Positions 15,346 through 23,503 of a DNA stretch of 58,197 nucleotides are shown here, in pieces. The translations under genes and the position numbers were made by a program. How positions within the stretch are numbered: the stretch's first letter is position 1; every line of letters begins with the position of its first letter. A model generated the notes under the pieces. It was not told the origin of the DNA and ran no database searches. It saw only the letters and a list, made by a program, of their open reading frames with translations. This DNA is from Patescibacteria group bacterium (GTDB lineage: Bacteria > Patescibacteriota > Patescibacteriia > UBA1558 > GWA2-36-10): NCBI GenBank assembly GCA_041665545.1, contig JBAYIQ010000005.1, positions 1-58,197 of the forward strand, written 5' to 3'.

Positions 15346-15498
15346 CTATTTAAGAGGATTTCTCCCTTGAATAACGCGAATCAAAAAGAAGATGACTGCT
15401 ATCACTAATAGCAGATGAATAAACCCACCAAAAACAAAATGGGTTATTATACCAAGTAACCAAAGAACAATTAGGATAATGGCAATTGTATAAAGCAT
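15346..15498 (-). CDS. Small membrane protein (50 aa), lmo0937-like; absent from the ORF track
   Basis: My hand translation is MLYTIAIILIVLWLLGIITHFVFGGFIHLLLVIAVIFFLIRVIQGRNPLK*. The LWLLG...GG.IHLLLVIAV pattern matches my recollection of that small-protein family. Confidence 0.55.
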   Translation of the reverse strand: MLYTIAIILIVLWLLGIITHFVFGGFIHLLLVIAVIFFLIRVIQGRNPLK

Positions 15499-15593
15499 AA
15501 TATATTATTAATGATTAGTAGTCGCTTATCTAGCTTGAGTATAGCGCACATCGATTTATAAAGCTACTAATGTCAATAAGCAGAAATAATTGG

Positions 15594-15623
15594 CAAACAA
15601 AAAACCCCGCTAAATGCGGAGTC
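15594..15623 (-). terminator. Terminator after ORF 15631..16044
   Basis: The minus strand reads ACTCCGC-ATTTA-GCGGGGT followed by TTTTTTGTTTG. Confidence 0.55.
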
Positions 15624-15630
15624 TTATTTT

Positions 15631-16044
15631 TTATGAAATTGGTGCGGCTGGAGGTGGTGGGGTCATTGGTGGTAAATTTGTTGGCGCTTGATTTTCAATA
15701 ATCACTGGGTCGGCAAATTTCCACCAAGCAATCATATATAGCAATAATAAAATCAAACCAACTAACATAGCTTTGCCAATATTTGAAATATCTCCAAAAT
15801 TTTCTCCCAACAAATGCAGAATAACTACATCGGAAGCAAACAAGAAGCCCAGACTAATTGAATAAACGTGGGAGACCAACATGCCAATCATAATGTAAAC
15901 ACCGCCAAAAATCATTAATGCTCCCCAGTAGTCAAATGCCTCGGTATTACGTAAATAGGTAGCTGTAAAATAAGCCAAGGCCACACTAAACAAAAATATA
16001 ATCATGCCAAAAACTATCTTGATTGTAGCATTTTTATTCATCAT
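15631..16044 (-). CDS. Hypothetical polytopic membrane protein with a Pro-rich C-terminus
   Basis: 137-aa hydrophobic ORF ending PPMTPPPPAAPIS. Confidence 0.5.
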   Translation of the reverse strand: MMNKNATIKIVFGMIIFLFSVALAYFTATYLRNTEAFDYWGALMIFGGVYIMIGMLVSHVYSISLGFLFASDVVILHLLGENFGDISNIGKAMLVGLILLLLYMIAWWKFADPVIIENQAPTNLPPMTPPPPAAPIS

Positions 16045-16169
16045 GATAATTTATCCTTTAATTTATAAATTGAAACAACAATAGCCACCACTAGACCAAA
16101 GGCAGCCGCCACAATCCTAGCCAGTTCACTCAACTCCCACAGACGTGAATACACTAACAGCAAAGTCAA
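16041..16169 (-). CDS. Possible 42-aa membrane peptide (TTG start) bridging two ORFs
   Basis: Hand translation: (M)TLLLVYSRLWELSELARIVAAAFGLVVAIVVSIYKLKDKLS*. It overlaps both neighbours by 4 nt (TTGA and ATGA). It could instead be a frameshifted C-terminus of ORF 16166..16573. Confidence 0.25.
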   Translation of the reverse strand: MTLLLVYSRLWELSELARIVAAAFGLVVAIVVSIYKLKDKLS

Positions 16170-16573
16170 TGCTCCCCAAAAATATTACTATACATAATAA
16201 CTGATCGTTGCTTCATGAAAATACCCCAAACCGTAAAAACATAAGCTACTACCATACTAATGATCATGACCAGCAAAGAATTTTCAAAAGCATCAATCAA
16301 ATAACGGATGAAAATTGGGAACATGGCGGAAATGGAAAAAATCAGCAGAGCATTGCGAACTTGAAACAATTCGGTGTGCTGAGCTGGCTTTTTTTTGTGG
16401 GTAAATGACCTGATAATCCAGATCAATAAAAAAATCCACAAAAAATTACCCAATATCATGCCTATTACACCGCCAAGATCCCCACTCCACATGACATCGG
16501 AAAAAGATATAAATATCAAACCAACGGAAAAAATCAGCAGAGGCCAAATAAAAATAAATGTTAGTATATCCAT
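16166..16573 (-). CDS. Hypothetical polytopic membrane protein
   Basis: 135-aa hydrophobic ORF. No recognised motif. Confidence 0.5.
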   Translation of the reverse strand: MDILTFIFIWPLLIFSVGLIFISFSDVMWSGDLGGVIGMILGNFLWIFLLIWIIRSFTHKKKPAQHTELFQVRNALLIFSISAMFPIFIRYLIDAFENSLLVMIISMVVAYVFTVWGIFMKQRSVIMYSNIFGEH

Positions 16574-16627
16574 ATATTTATATTATACCACTGTGAGAAC
16601 AGCTGTAAACTAACACTGTGGATAAAA

Positions 16628-18253
16628 CTACTTAATAATTAATCTTCCCTGATCAAAACTTAGCCACTTGACTGTCCCCTGTCGCAGTGCTGAGAGCAAC
16701 TCTGCTTCTGGCATAAGACGCGCTAGATCTGCGGTATAATTTTGATAATTATAATGCCACAATTCAAAATATACTTGATTGACTGTGATGGAGGTCAAAC
16801 CAGTAACTACAAAACTGCGATCAATGCTTTCCAAAAACCAACCCCGCTCATCAGCGCGCCAACGCAACAAATGTTGATTTACATTATAATTTTTTAGTTG
16901 CACATAAACCGGCAAAGACATAATCTGCGGATGACTGTCCGGGTAATATAACTCCAGGGCTTGCTGTAAATTATTTCTAAACACTTCCGCGCCCTGCAAG
17001 TTATCCGGCAAAGCCACGCTGATTACTTTGGTATCTGGCTCAAGGTGTAAGTCGGCATAACTGGCTACTATCTGCCGACTTAAAGCACCGGCCTTTGACC
17101 AAATTATATTTTTATCATTGATAATCACCATTGAACAAATTGCCATAAAAAATATTATAGCCATTTTTTTGCTAATAGTCAGTTTCAGATCAGCCAACAA
17201 AGAAATAAACCAAATCACAAAAAAAACTGTCGGCAAATACAAATATCTTTCTCCGGCAAATGTCGTGCGATGCAAACCCAAGGGTAAGACTGGCAAGCAG
17301 CTTAAGATCAATAAAAGAAAAAAATAAAGCCGTTGCTTGTTTTTGTAACGCCACAAATAAAATATGTAAAATATCAAAAACAAGACAAAGGCCCCAGCCA
17401 AACCCCAAGAATAATGATACCAAACTTTATAAAAAATGGTTTGAAAATAACCGGCACTTGGCCAAGCTAAAAAAATAATGGCTAAATTTCCTAACCATTC
17501 GTTTATCTTCAAACCCAAACTGGCTTGACCATAATAACCAAACAATTGCCCAGTAGCTTGCCAGCGTAAAATGAAAAAAATAATTAACCAGAAAAAATAA
17601 GGCAATATCTTTTTGCTAAATATTTTATTTTTTAAATATAAATTAATAAAAATAATAGCCAACGGCAGGGTCATGACAATCTCTTTGCAAAGTAACCCCA
17701 AAACAAAAAAAGTAATTGATAAAAATAGAGCTAGACGTTTTTTGGTTTCAGAAAATTTCAAGTAAAATATCAAGGACAATAAATAAAACAAAGTGCCAAA
17801 AAGATGCGGCCAGGCCGCAATCCAAGAAATGGCCTCAACTTGCACTGGCCACAACAGAAAAAACAAGCCACACAAACTAGCCCAATAAGCGGCTCTAGCT
17901 TGATACTGACCTAATAATTTTTTGGCCAAAACATAGACCAACCAAGCATTAGTAGCGTGCAAGAATATGCTAATCGCGTGATACCACTGATAATGCAAGC
18001 CAAAAAATTTCACTGCTATCTTCCAAAAAATAAACAAAAGTGGATTATAAGAGCCACCAAGTTTCAGGCCCTCGTAATTAGTAATAAAAATCGACCAATC
18101 CCAAGACCGACTTTTGGCTAATGACAACCAATGAAAATCGTCACTAACAAAAAAATTGCTCAACACTCTAAAATACAAAAGAAAAACCACTAATAAATAA
18201 CAAAACCAAATAAACATTTGGTTTTGATATAGTTTTAATAACTTGTTGCGCAT
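16628..18253 (-). CDS. GT-C-fold membrane glycosyltransferase-like protein (PMT/ArnT-like)
   Basis: 541 aa with about 11 or more TM helices, an acidic DD motif right after TM1 (FFVSDDFHWL) and a soluble C-terminal domain. The family assignment comes from architecture only. Confidence 0.4.
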   Translation of the reverse strand: MRNKLLKLYQNQMFIWFCYLLVVFLLYFRVLSNFFVSDDFHWLSLAKSRSWDWSIFITNYEGLKLGGSYNPLLFIFWKIAVKFFGLHYQWYHAISIFLHATNAWLVYVLAKKLLGQYQARAAYWASLCGLFFLLWPVQVEAISWIAAWPHLFGTLFYLLSLIFYLKFSETKKRLALFLSITFFVLGLLCKEIVMTLPLAIIFINLYLKNKIFSKKILPYFFWLIIFFILRWQATGQLFGYYGQASLGLKINEWLGNLAIIFLAWPSAGYFQTIFYKVWYHYSWGLAGAFVLFLIFYIFYLWRYKNKQRLYFFLLLILSCLPVLPLGLHRTTFAGERYLYLPTVFFVIWFISLLADLKLTISKKMAIIFFMAICSMVIINDKNIIWSKAGALSRQIVASYADLHLEPDTKVISVALPDNLQGAEVFRNNLQQALELYYPDSHPQIMSLPVYVQLKNYNVNQHLLRWRADERGWFLESIDRSFVVTGLTSITVNQVYFELWHYNYQNYTADLARLMPEAELLSALRQGTVKWLSFDQGRLIIK

Positions 18254-18254
18254 T

Positions 18255-18713
18255 TTAAAACACTAAAGCTGTAAAAAATATGGTTACTAGAATTTGAAAA
18301 GTAAGTCCAAAGGGCATAGTAAAATCATAACCAATCAAATTGTGCACTTTGACATGTAATCTATTGTACCAGCCCATAAATTTTAGATGCAGATAATCAC
18401 TAGCCATCCAAATCCAATCAGGTATCCAGGAGCCAACCAAGGCGGCTGCCAAAACATATTGATTAAAATCAATCTGGGAAGTCAAAAAAGAAAATATCAA
18501 TATTGCTGAAAAGACAACATCAACCGCGGCAATCTTAAGCTCAAAAATTTTCTGCTCGTGCTCATTTTTTTTGTGATAATCAAAATCACTATCGCCGTGC
18601 GGTAAAAAATCCAAAAAAAAGTGCATAGCAAAACCGAGCAAAAAAGCCAGCCAAGGATTGACCAACCTAGTGGTCAGCCACAAGGCCACAGAAGTATGGG
18701 CCGTCATAAACAT
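18255..18713 (-). CDS. Membrane protein, possibly a YdjM/DUF457-like metal-dependent hydrolase
   Basis: 152 aa with His/Asp-rich loops (HFFLDFLPHGDSDFDYH). Confidence 0.35.
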   Translation of the reverse strand: MFMTAHTSVALWLTTRLVNPWLAFLLGFAMHFFLDFLPHGDSDFDYHKKNEHEQKIFELKIAAVDVVFSAILIFSFLTSQIDFNQYVLAAALVGSWIPDWIWMASDYLHLKFMGWYNRLHVKVHNLIGYDFTMPFGLTFQILVTIFFTALVF

Positions 18714-18732
18714 ATATGTAGGTAGCTAATAG

Positions 18733-20031
18733 TTAATAATCTCTAAGTTTGCGCATATCCTCATGCTTTTTGATGCGCTCTAGAGCTTTGGCCTCAATTT
18801 GCCTGATGCGCTCTCTGGTCACTCCAAATTCCTGACCCACCTCTTCCAAGGTGTGCGCCACGCCATCAGTCAAACCAAAGCGCATTTCTAGAATTTTTTG
18901 CTCGCGCGGAGTCAAATCCTGAATAACATGACGAACATGATCGCTTAATAGTTTCATAGCCGCCACGCGATCGGGACTGATATTTTTTTCATCCTCAATA
19001 AAATCACCCAAAGTGCTGTCATCGTCATCATCACCAACCGAAGCTTCTAGAGAAACCGTCTCTTGGGAAATCTTGATAATCTGTCTGATCTTATCAATAT
19101 CCTCGCCCATCTCCACAGCAATCTCCTCAGGTAGTGGATCACGACCCAGTTCTTGCACCAGACGACGCTCAATTTGATTAAAGCGATTGATGGTTTCAAC
19201 CATGTGCACGGGAATGCGAATAGTGCGTGACTGATCAGCCAGAGCGCGAGTGATAGCTTGTCTAATCCACCAAGTAGCATAAGTAGAAAATTTGAAACCC
19301 TTACGATAATCAAATTTTTCTACGGCTCGAAACAGACCAATATTACCCTCTTGAATAAGATCCAATAGAGTCAAAGAACGGCCAGTAAATTTTTTGGCAA
19401 TACTGACTACCAATCTCAAGTTGGACTCAATCAATTTTTTCTTGGCTTCCAAGTCGCCTTTTTCTTTGCGCTTGGCCAGCATCATTTCTTCTTCTTGCAC
19501 TAGTAGTGTCACCTTGCCAATCTCCCGCAAATACATCTGAATAGAGTCAGCGGCAATGTCGGTCAGATCACCACGCTTTTCATCAGCTTGGATACCTGAT
19601 TTGGACACAATGTCCTCGCCCTTGATACCGGAATCCAAAATATTGCCTTCAGTGGAAATTACCTGAATAGCCAAATCTTCTAATTTATCCAAAAATTCTT
19701 CGTACTTACCAATGTAATCTTCCACATCAGTAAAGGTGCGTAAAATTTCCTCTTGAGTAACGAAGCCTCGAGAGTGAGTTTTTTTTAGCAAAGCTTGAAT
19801 AACCTCATCGCTAATCTCAGCTTTGGGGCTTTTTACTTTGACTATTACTTTACTTTTTTTAGTGACTAATTTTTTTGCGGGCTTAGTCTTCTTGAGGCCC
19901 AAATTTTTTTTCGCCGATTTTTTTTTCGGCGTTGCTTTTGCCTTGTGCGGCTTGGGTCTGCTGTGTTTAACAGCAGTTTTGAGTTTTTTATTCAATTTTT
20001 TGTGGCTTTTGGCCTTTTTTACAGTCGTCAT
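18733..20031 (-). CDS. rpoD: RNA polymerase primary sigma factor
   Basis: 432 aa. Region 2 ([40 protein letters not shown]), region 4 ([20 protein letters not shown]) and a Lys-rich N-terminus. Confidence 0.95.
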   Translation of the reverse strand: MTTVKKAKSHKKLNKKLKTAVKHSRPKPHKAKATPKKKSAKKNLGLKKTKPAKKLVTKKSKVIVKVKSPKAEISDEVIQALLKKTHSRGFVTQEEILRTFTDVEDYIGKYEEFLDKLEDLAIQVISTEGNILDSGIKGEDIVSKSGIQADEKRGDLTDIAADSIQMYLREIGKVTLLVQEEEMMLAKRKEKGDLEAKKKLIESNLRLVVSIAKKFTGRSLTLLDLIQEGNIGLFRAVEKFDYRKGFKFSTYATWWIRQAITRALADQSRTIRIPVHMVETINRFNQIERRLVQELGRDPLPEEIAVEMGEDIDKIRQIIKISQETVSLEASVGDDDDDSTLGDFIEDEKNISPDRVAAMKLLSDHVRHVIQDLTPREQKILEMRFGLTDGVAHTLEEVGQEFGVTRERIRQIEAKALERIKKHEDMRKLRDY

Positions 20032-21818
20032 TAGCGCTGTAGTTTAGTTATTTCCTTATTTAATAAATTAATTTTATGGGTAATTTGGTCTTGAGTTATT
20101 GTGTCATTTTTTAGTTCGGCCTGACGCAATTGCTCAATCAAAAGCTGACGGCGCTCTTGGAATCTGTTGCTTTTCAATCTTTCCAGAGAAACATTGAAAT
20201 TGCTGTCTAGCTCCTGACCCGATAAATCAGCCATGTTTTGCTCAGCTGACATTAGTAGACGAATATACTGCTGTTTGGCCTCGACTTCCAGTTCGGGCCA
20301 ATCAATAAAATTATCTAAATTATGTTGCTTAGTATAATAGATTATTACCTTTCTGTAAAGATCTAGCAAGTCCGCTTCCATCATTTCTGGCTCCAGCTCA
20401 TTGACCAGGCGCTCCAGATAATTGTTTCGAAAAAATACAATTCCTAATAATTCTTCACTCAAAAAACTGACACTTGGTTTTTTGATGGCTATGACTTTCT
20501 TTTCGGGGCGAACATTTTCCAAGAAACTGCTGACTTGCTTGAGATCACTTTGCAAAATATCTAAAGGCAAATGCAACTTGTCAGCCAATAATTGCAAATA
20601 ATGAGATTGTTCAACCGCGCTTTTTAAATATTTTATAATCGGTAATAATTTTTGCACGGCTATTTTTTTGTGATCAGCCCGATTCAAGTCCACACCAGAT
20701 AAAATTCGCTGAAAATAATAATCCATCACTTGTATAGAATCACGCACCAATTTCAGCCATAAATTTTTATCGCTCTTTACTATGTCAGCTGGATCTTGAT
20801 TTTGTGGCAAGACCAAAATTTTCATATTCATTTCTTGAGCCCAGGCCAAAGTAATACTGCGCAAAGCGGCATTGGAGCCAGCTGTGTCACCATCAAAAGC
20901 CAAAATAACATTGTTGGTATAGCGCTTGATCAACTTCAAGTGATCAATGGTTAAAGCTGTGCCAGAAACTGCCACGGTATTAGTAGTGCCAGCTTGCTGA
21001 CTCAAAATCGCGTCAAGATTGCCTTCCACAATAATCAAATAATTTTTTTGCTTGATGGTGGCTTTGGCCAAGTGCCAACCATACAGTATTTTGCTTTTGT
21101 CATAAATATTGGTTTGCGGACTATTGATATACTTGCCACCAAAATCTTCGTCATGATAAACAATACCCTGCAAAGTGCGCGAAGTAAAAGCCACCACTCG
21201 CCCAGCTGTATCAAATATTGGAAACATCAGTCGCTTGCGAAAGCGATCCACGTAGCCACTGCCATCTTTTTTCTTTACTGAAATGCCAGCTTGAAAAATA
21301 TCGGTATCCGAAAATTTCTTGGCTTTCAAATACTGCAGAGCTTCATCCCAAGACTCGGTACTTAAGCCCAGACCCCATTTTTTTATACTGTCCGTAGTCA
21401 AACCCCGAGACAAAAGATAGTCCAAAACTTTGGCGCTGGTTTCATTTTTATCAAAAAGATTGCTCTGATATTTTTCCGCAATCAAATGATTTATTTCAAA
21501 CAAAAGATTAAAATTTTCCTTGGGTAATGATTGATAGCCAGCCAAAGAAACATTGGCTTTCTCGGCCAACAGCTTGATGGCTTCCGAAAAACTCAAACCC
21601 TCATATTCTTGAATAAAAGTAAAAATATCTCCGCCCTTGCCACAGCCAAAACAATGCCAAATTTGCTTTTCCCGAGAAACCATAAAACTGGCGGTCTTTT
21701 CATTATGAAAGGGACAACGCGCTTTGAGGTTGGAGCCAGTCGAATTCAAGGTGATATATGTGGAGATAATGTCGGCTACATCCAACTTGGCTTTTATTTC
21801 TTCAACCGGGTTCTGCAT
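20031..21818 (-). CDS. dnaG: DNA primase
   Basis: 595 aa. Zinc ribbon [11 protein letters not shown]...CFGCGKGGD and TOPRIM ([18 protein letters not shown]). The stop overlaps the rpoD start (TAATG). Confidence 0.95.
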   Translation of the reverse strand: MQNPVEEIKAKLDVADIISTYITLNSTGSNLKARCPFHNEKTASFMVSREKQIWHCFGCGKGGDIFTFIQEYEGLSFSEAIKLLAEKANVSLAGYQSLPKENFNLLFEINHLIAEKYQSNLFDKNETSAKVLDYLLSRGLTTDSIKKWGLGLSTESWDEALQYLKAKKFSDTDIFQAGISVKKKDGSGYVDRFRKRLMFPIFDTAGRVVAFTSRTLQGIVYHDEDFGGKYINSPQTNIYDKSKILYGWHLAKATIKQKNYLIIVEGNLDAILSQQAGTTNTVAVSGTALTIDHLKLIKRYTNNVILAFDGDTAGSNAALRSITLAWAQEMNMKILVLPQNQDPADIVKSDKNLWLKLVRDSIQVMDYYFQRILSGVDLNRADHKKIAVQKLLPIIKYLKSAVEQSHYLQLLADKLHLPLDILQSDLKQVSSFLENVRPEKKVIAIKKPSVSFLSEELLGIVFFRNNYLERLVNELEPEMMEADLLDLYRKVIIYYTKQHNLDNFIDWPELEVEAKQQYIRLLMSAEQNMADLSGQELDSNFNVSLERLKSNRFQERRQLLIEQLRQAELKNDTITQDQITHKINLLNKEITKLQR

Positions 21819-21927
21819 CCCGTTAGAAATTTAAATAATTAAACATATAACTAAAAAAATAAAATTTATCAATAAACCCATTATTTTTTCCACTAAACCT
21901 AGTTTAATGAATTTCTAACGGGATGCA
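21814..21927. repeat. ~110-bp inverted-repeat intergenic element, copy A
   Basis: Perfect 18-bp arms TGCATCCCGTTAGAAATT (21814-21831) and AATTTCTAACGGGATGCA (21910-21927). The left arm contains the dnaG ATG (21816-21818). Confidence 0.85.
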
Positions 21928-21959
21928 TAAGCTTATATTAGGTGAAATACGATTTTTAG

Positions 21960-21998
21960 TCAAAAAGAAAGGCGCTCGAGAGGGGTTTCTCGAGCGCC
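21960..21998 (-). terminator. Terminator of ORF 22028..22444
   Basis: 10-bp stem GGCGCTCGAG / CTCGAGCGCC, followed on the minus strand by TTTCTTTTT. Confidence 0.7.
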
Positions 21999-22027
21999 GT
22001 GGATTGTTGTCGGCTACTGGCCCGCGC

Positions 22028-22444
22028 CTAGGCGTGGACCTGGTAGACCGAATTGCCCCGAGCCGACTTCCAGCTGTCCGCCGATCCGTCGCGGACCAGC
22101 GCTTCGAGGTTGGACCTCACCAACTGGAACAGAAAGAAGTTCCGCTTCTCCCACCGATAGAGGCGCCGCATGACCATGCCAGCGGTCATGGGATGCCTCG
22201 CCCTCTGCATGAGCACGAGCACGCGCTCGCTCATGGGCTGATCGACCATGATCGGCGTGAACTTGACCTCGATGGCCACACCGTCCAGTTCTCCGACGGC
22301 GAGGATCGACGCCGGACGACGATCGCGCGCCCTGCGGATGAACCTCTCGGCCACGGGGAAGACCTTCCCAGCGAAGATCGCGGGCACAGTGATCGAAAGC
22401 ATGATGATGGCGATGATGAGCACGAAAATCTCGATCGGATTCAT
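22028..22444 (-). CDS. Hypothetical membrane-anchored protein (138 aa), possibly with a winged-helix-like C-terminal part
   Basis: GGAGG lies 4 nt upstream of the ATG. There is one N-terminal TM helix (IEIFVLIIAIIMLSITVPAIFA) and the coding sequence is GC-rich. The wHTH idea rests only on the look of ERVLVLMQRARHPMTAGMVMRRLY and is weak. Confidence 0.5.
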   Translation of the reverse strand: MNPIEIFVLIIAIIMLSITVPAIFAGKVFPVAERFIRRARDRRPASILAVGELDGVAIEVKFTPIMVDQPMSERVLVLMQRARHPMTAGMVMRRLYRWEKRNFFLFQLVRSNLEALVRDGSADSWKSARGNSVYQVHA

Positions 22445-22552
22445 GACGCCTCCAATGGCTTGGGACCAGGAACAGTGACCTATATCACATTCATTGGCCT
22501 TTTATGGCCAAAATGCTTCGAAATTAATGCTTGATGAACTGTAAAACAGTAT

Positions 22553-22581
22553 ATCATAGCACAAAAAATAAAAGTTGTCAA
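22553..22581 (-). promoter_or_regulatory. Sigma70-type promoter for ORF 22028..22444
   Basis: Minus strand: TTGACA (22576-22581), 17 nt, TATGAT (22553-22558). Confidence 0.6.
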
Positions 22582-22596
22582 GCCACGGTTAAAAAT

Positions 22597-22627
22597 AACC
22601 TTCGAGGTTGCCATAACCTCGAAGGTT
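22597..22627. promoter_or_regulatory. Perfect 13-bp palindrome between the divergent promoters
   Basis: AACCTTCGAGGTT, spacer GCCAT, AACCTCGAAGGTT. It is extended by CACGG / CCGTG outer pairing. Confidence 0.5.
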
Positions 22628-22678
22628 GGCCGTGTCTACTAGTATTGCACTGATTTGTTGAACCCACGCTACAAACAC

Positions 22679-22707
22679 TTGACAAAATATTATTATTATG
22701 ATAGTAT
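22679..22707 (+). promoter_or_regulatory. Sigma70-type (extended -10) promoter for the NfeD-like/flotillin pair
   Basis: TTGACA (22679-22684), 17 nt ending in TGA, then TAGTAT (22702-22707). Confidence 0.5.
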
Positions 22708-22869
22708 AAAATGTTTTGACCAAATAGCAAAAAATTGAGCTTTTGGTTAAACCAAAAGTTCTTTGAAATGTCATACATCACTCGTAAAAACAACTAATAA
22801 GATCGAGTTTTCTGTCCACAAATCCTATGGCCACAGTGTCAGTGCAACCACGTAACGAAAGGAGTTTCG

Positions 22870-23460
22870 ATGGAACACCAGCAGACCTTCTGGCACATGC
22901 TGGGGAACGACGTGGGGATGATGACGTTCGCCGTTCTGGGCTTCATTGGCGGAGTGTTCACTTTGATCACTCTGGCCTTCGGCCACGGCGACCACAACAT
23001 CGACCACGACTTCAGCGCGGGCGACCACGACTTCAGCGCGGGCGACCACGACAACAACGCCGGCCCGAACGTGTTCTCGTTCCGCAACATCATGCTCTTC
23101 GTCACCGGCTTCGGTGGAATCGGCATGCTGGCCAAGTACCATGGCGCAAGCTTCATTGTGAGCAGCCTCTGGGGCGCTTTCTCTGGCTTCATCATGGCAT
23201 TCGTCGGCTACCTGATCTACCGCGCCCTGTACAAGAGCCAGGCGACCTCGCACATCGACAACTGTTCGCTGTGCGGTTCGATCGCTCTGGTCGAACAGGC
23301 CATCGTCGCTAACGGCATGGGTATCATCGTGGCCGGAGGCGAGATTGGCCACCTCGTTCGCCTCCAAGCCAGAACGAAGGAAGGAACCCCGGTCGCAAAC
23401 GGCCGACAGGTCCGCATCCTGAATATCAACGGGACCGAAGCTCTGGTCGAGGCCCTCTAA
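22870..23460 (+). CDS. YqiJ/NfeD-like membrane protein
   Basis: 196 aa with AAAGGAG upstream. Architecture: TM helix, acidic His/Asp repeat (HGDHNIDHDFSAGDHDFSAGDHD), further TM helices and a beta-rich C-terminal tail. This matches NfeD/YqiJ partners of SPFH proteins, and the gene sits directly upstream of a flotillin gene. Confidence 0.65.
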   Translation: MEHQQTFWHMLGNDVGMMTFAVLGFIGGVFTLITLAFGHGDHNIDHDFSAGDHDFSAGDHDNNAGPNVFSFRNIMLFVTGFGGIGMLAKYHGASFIVSSLWGAFSGFIMAFVGYLIYRALYKSQATSHIDNCSLCGSIALVEQAIVANGMGIIVAGGEIGHLVRLQARTKEGTPVANGRQVRILNINGTEALVEAL

Positions 23461-23503
23461 TCCCTGCTCCAACACACCACCGTCTTCCCAAAGGAGTATC
23501 AAG

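Noticed and set aside
21923-22534. 203-aa plus-strand ORF starting at the ATG inside the right arm of inverted-repeat element A
   Set aside because: It runs antisense through the GC-rich gene 22028..22444. That gene has an SD, a TM helix, a promoter and a terminator. Long stop-free antisense frames are expected in GC-rich DNA.
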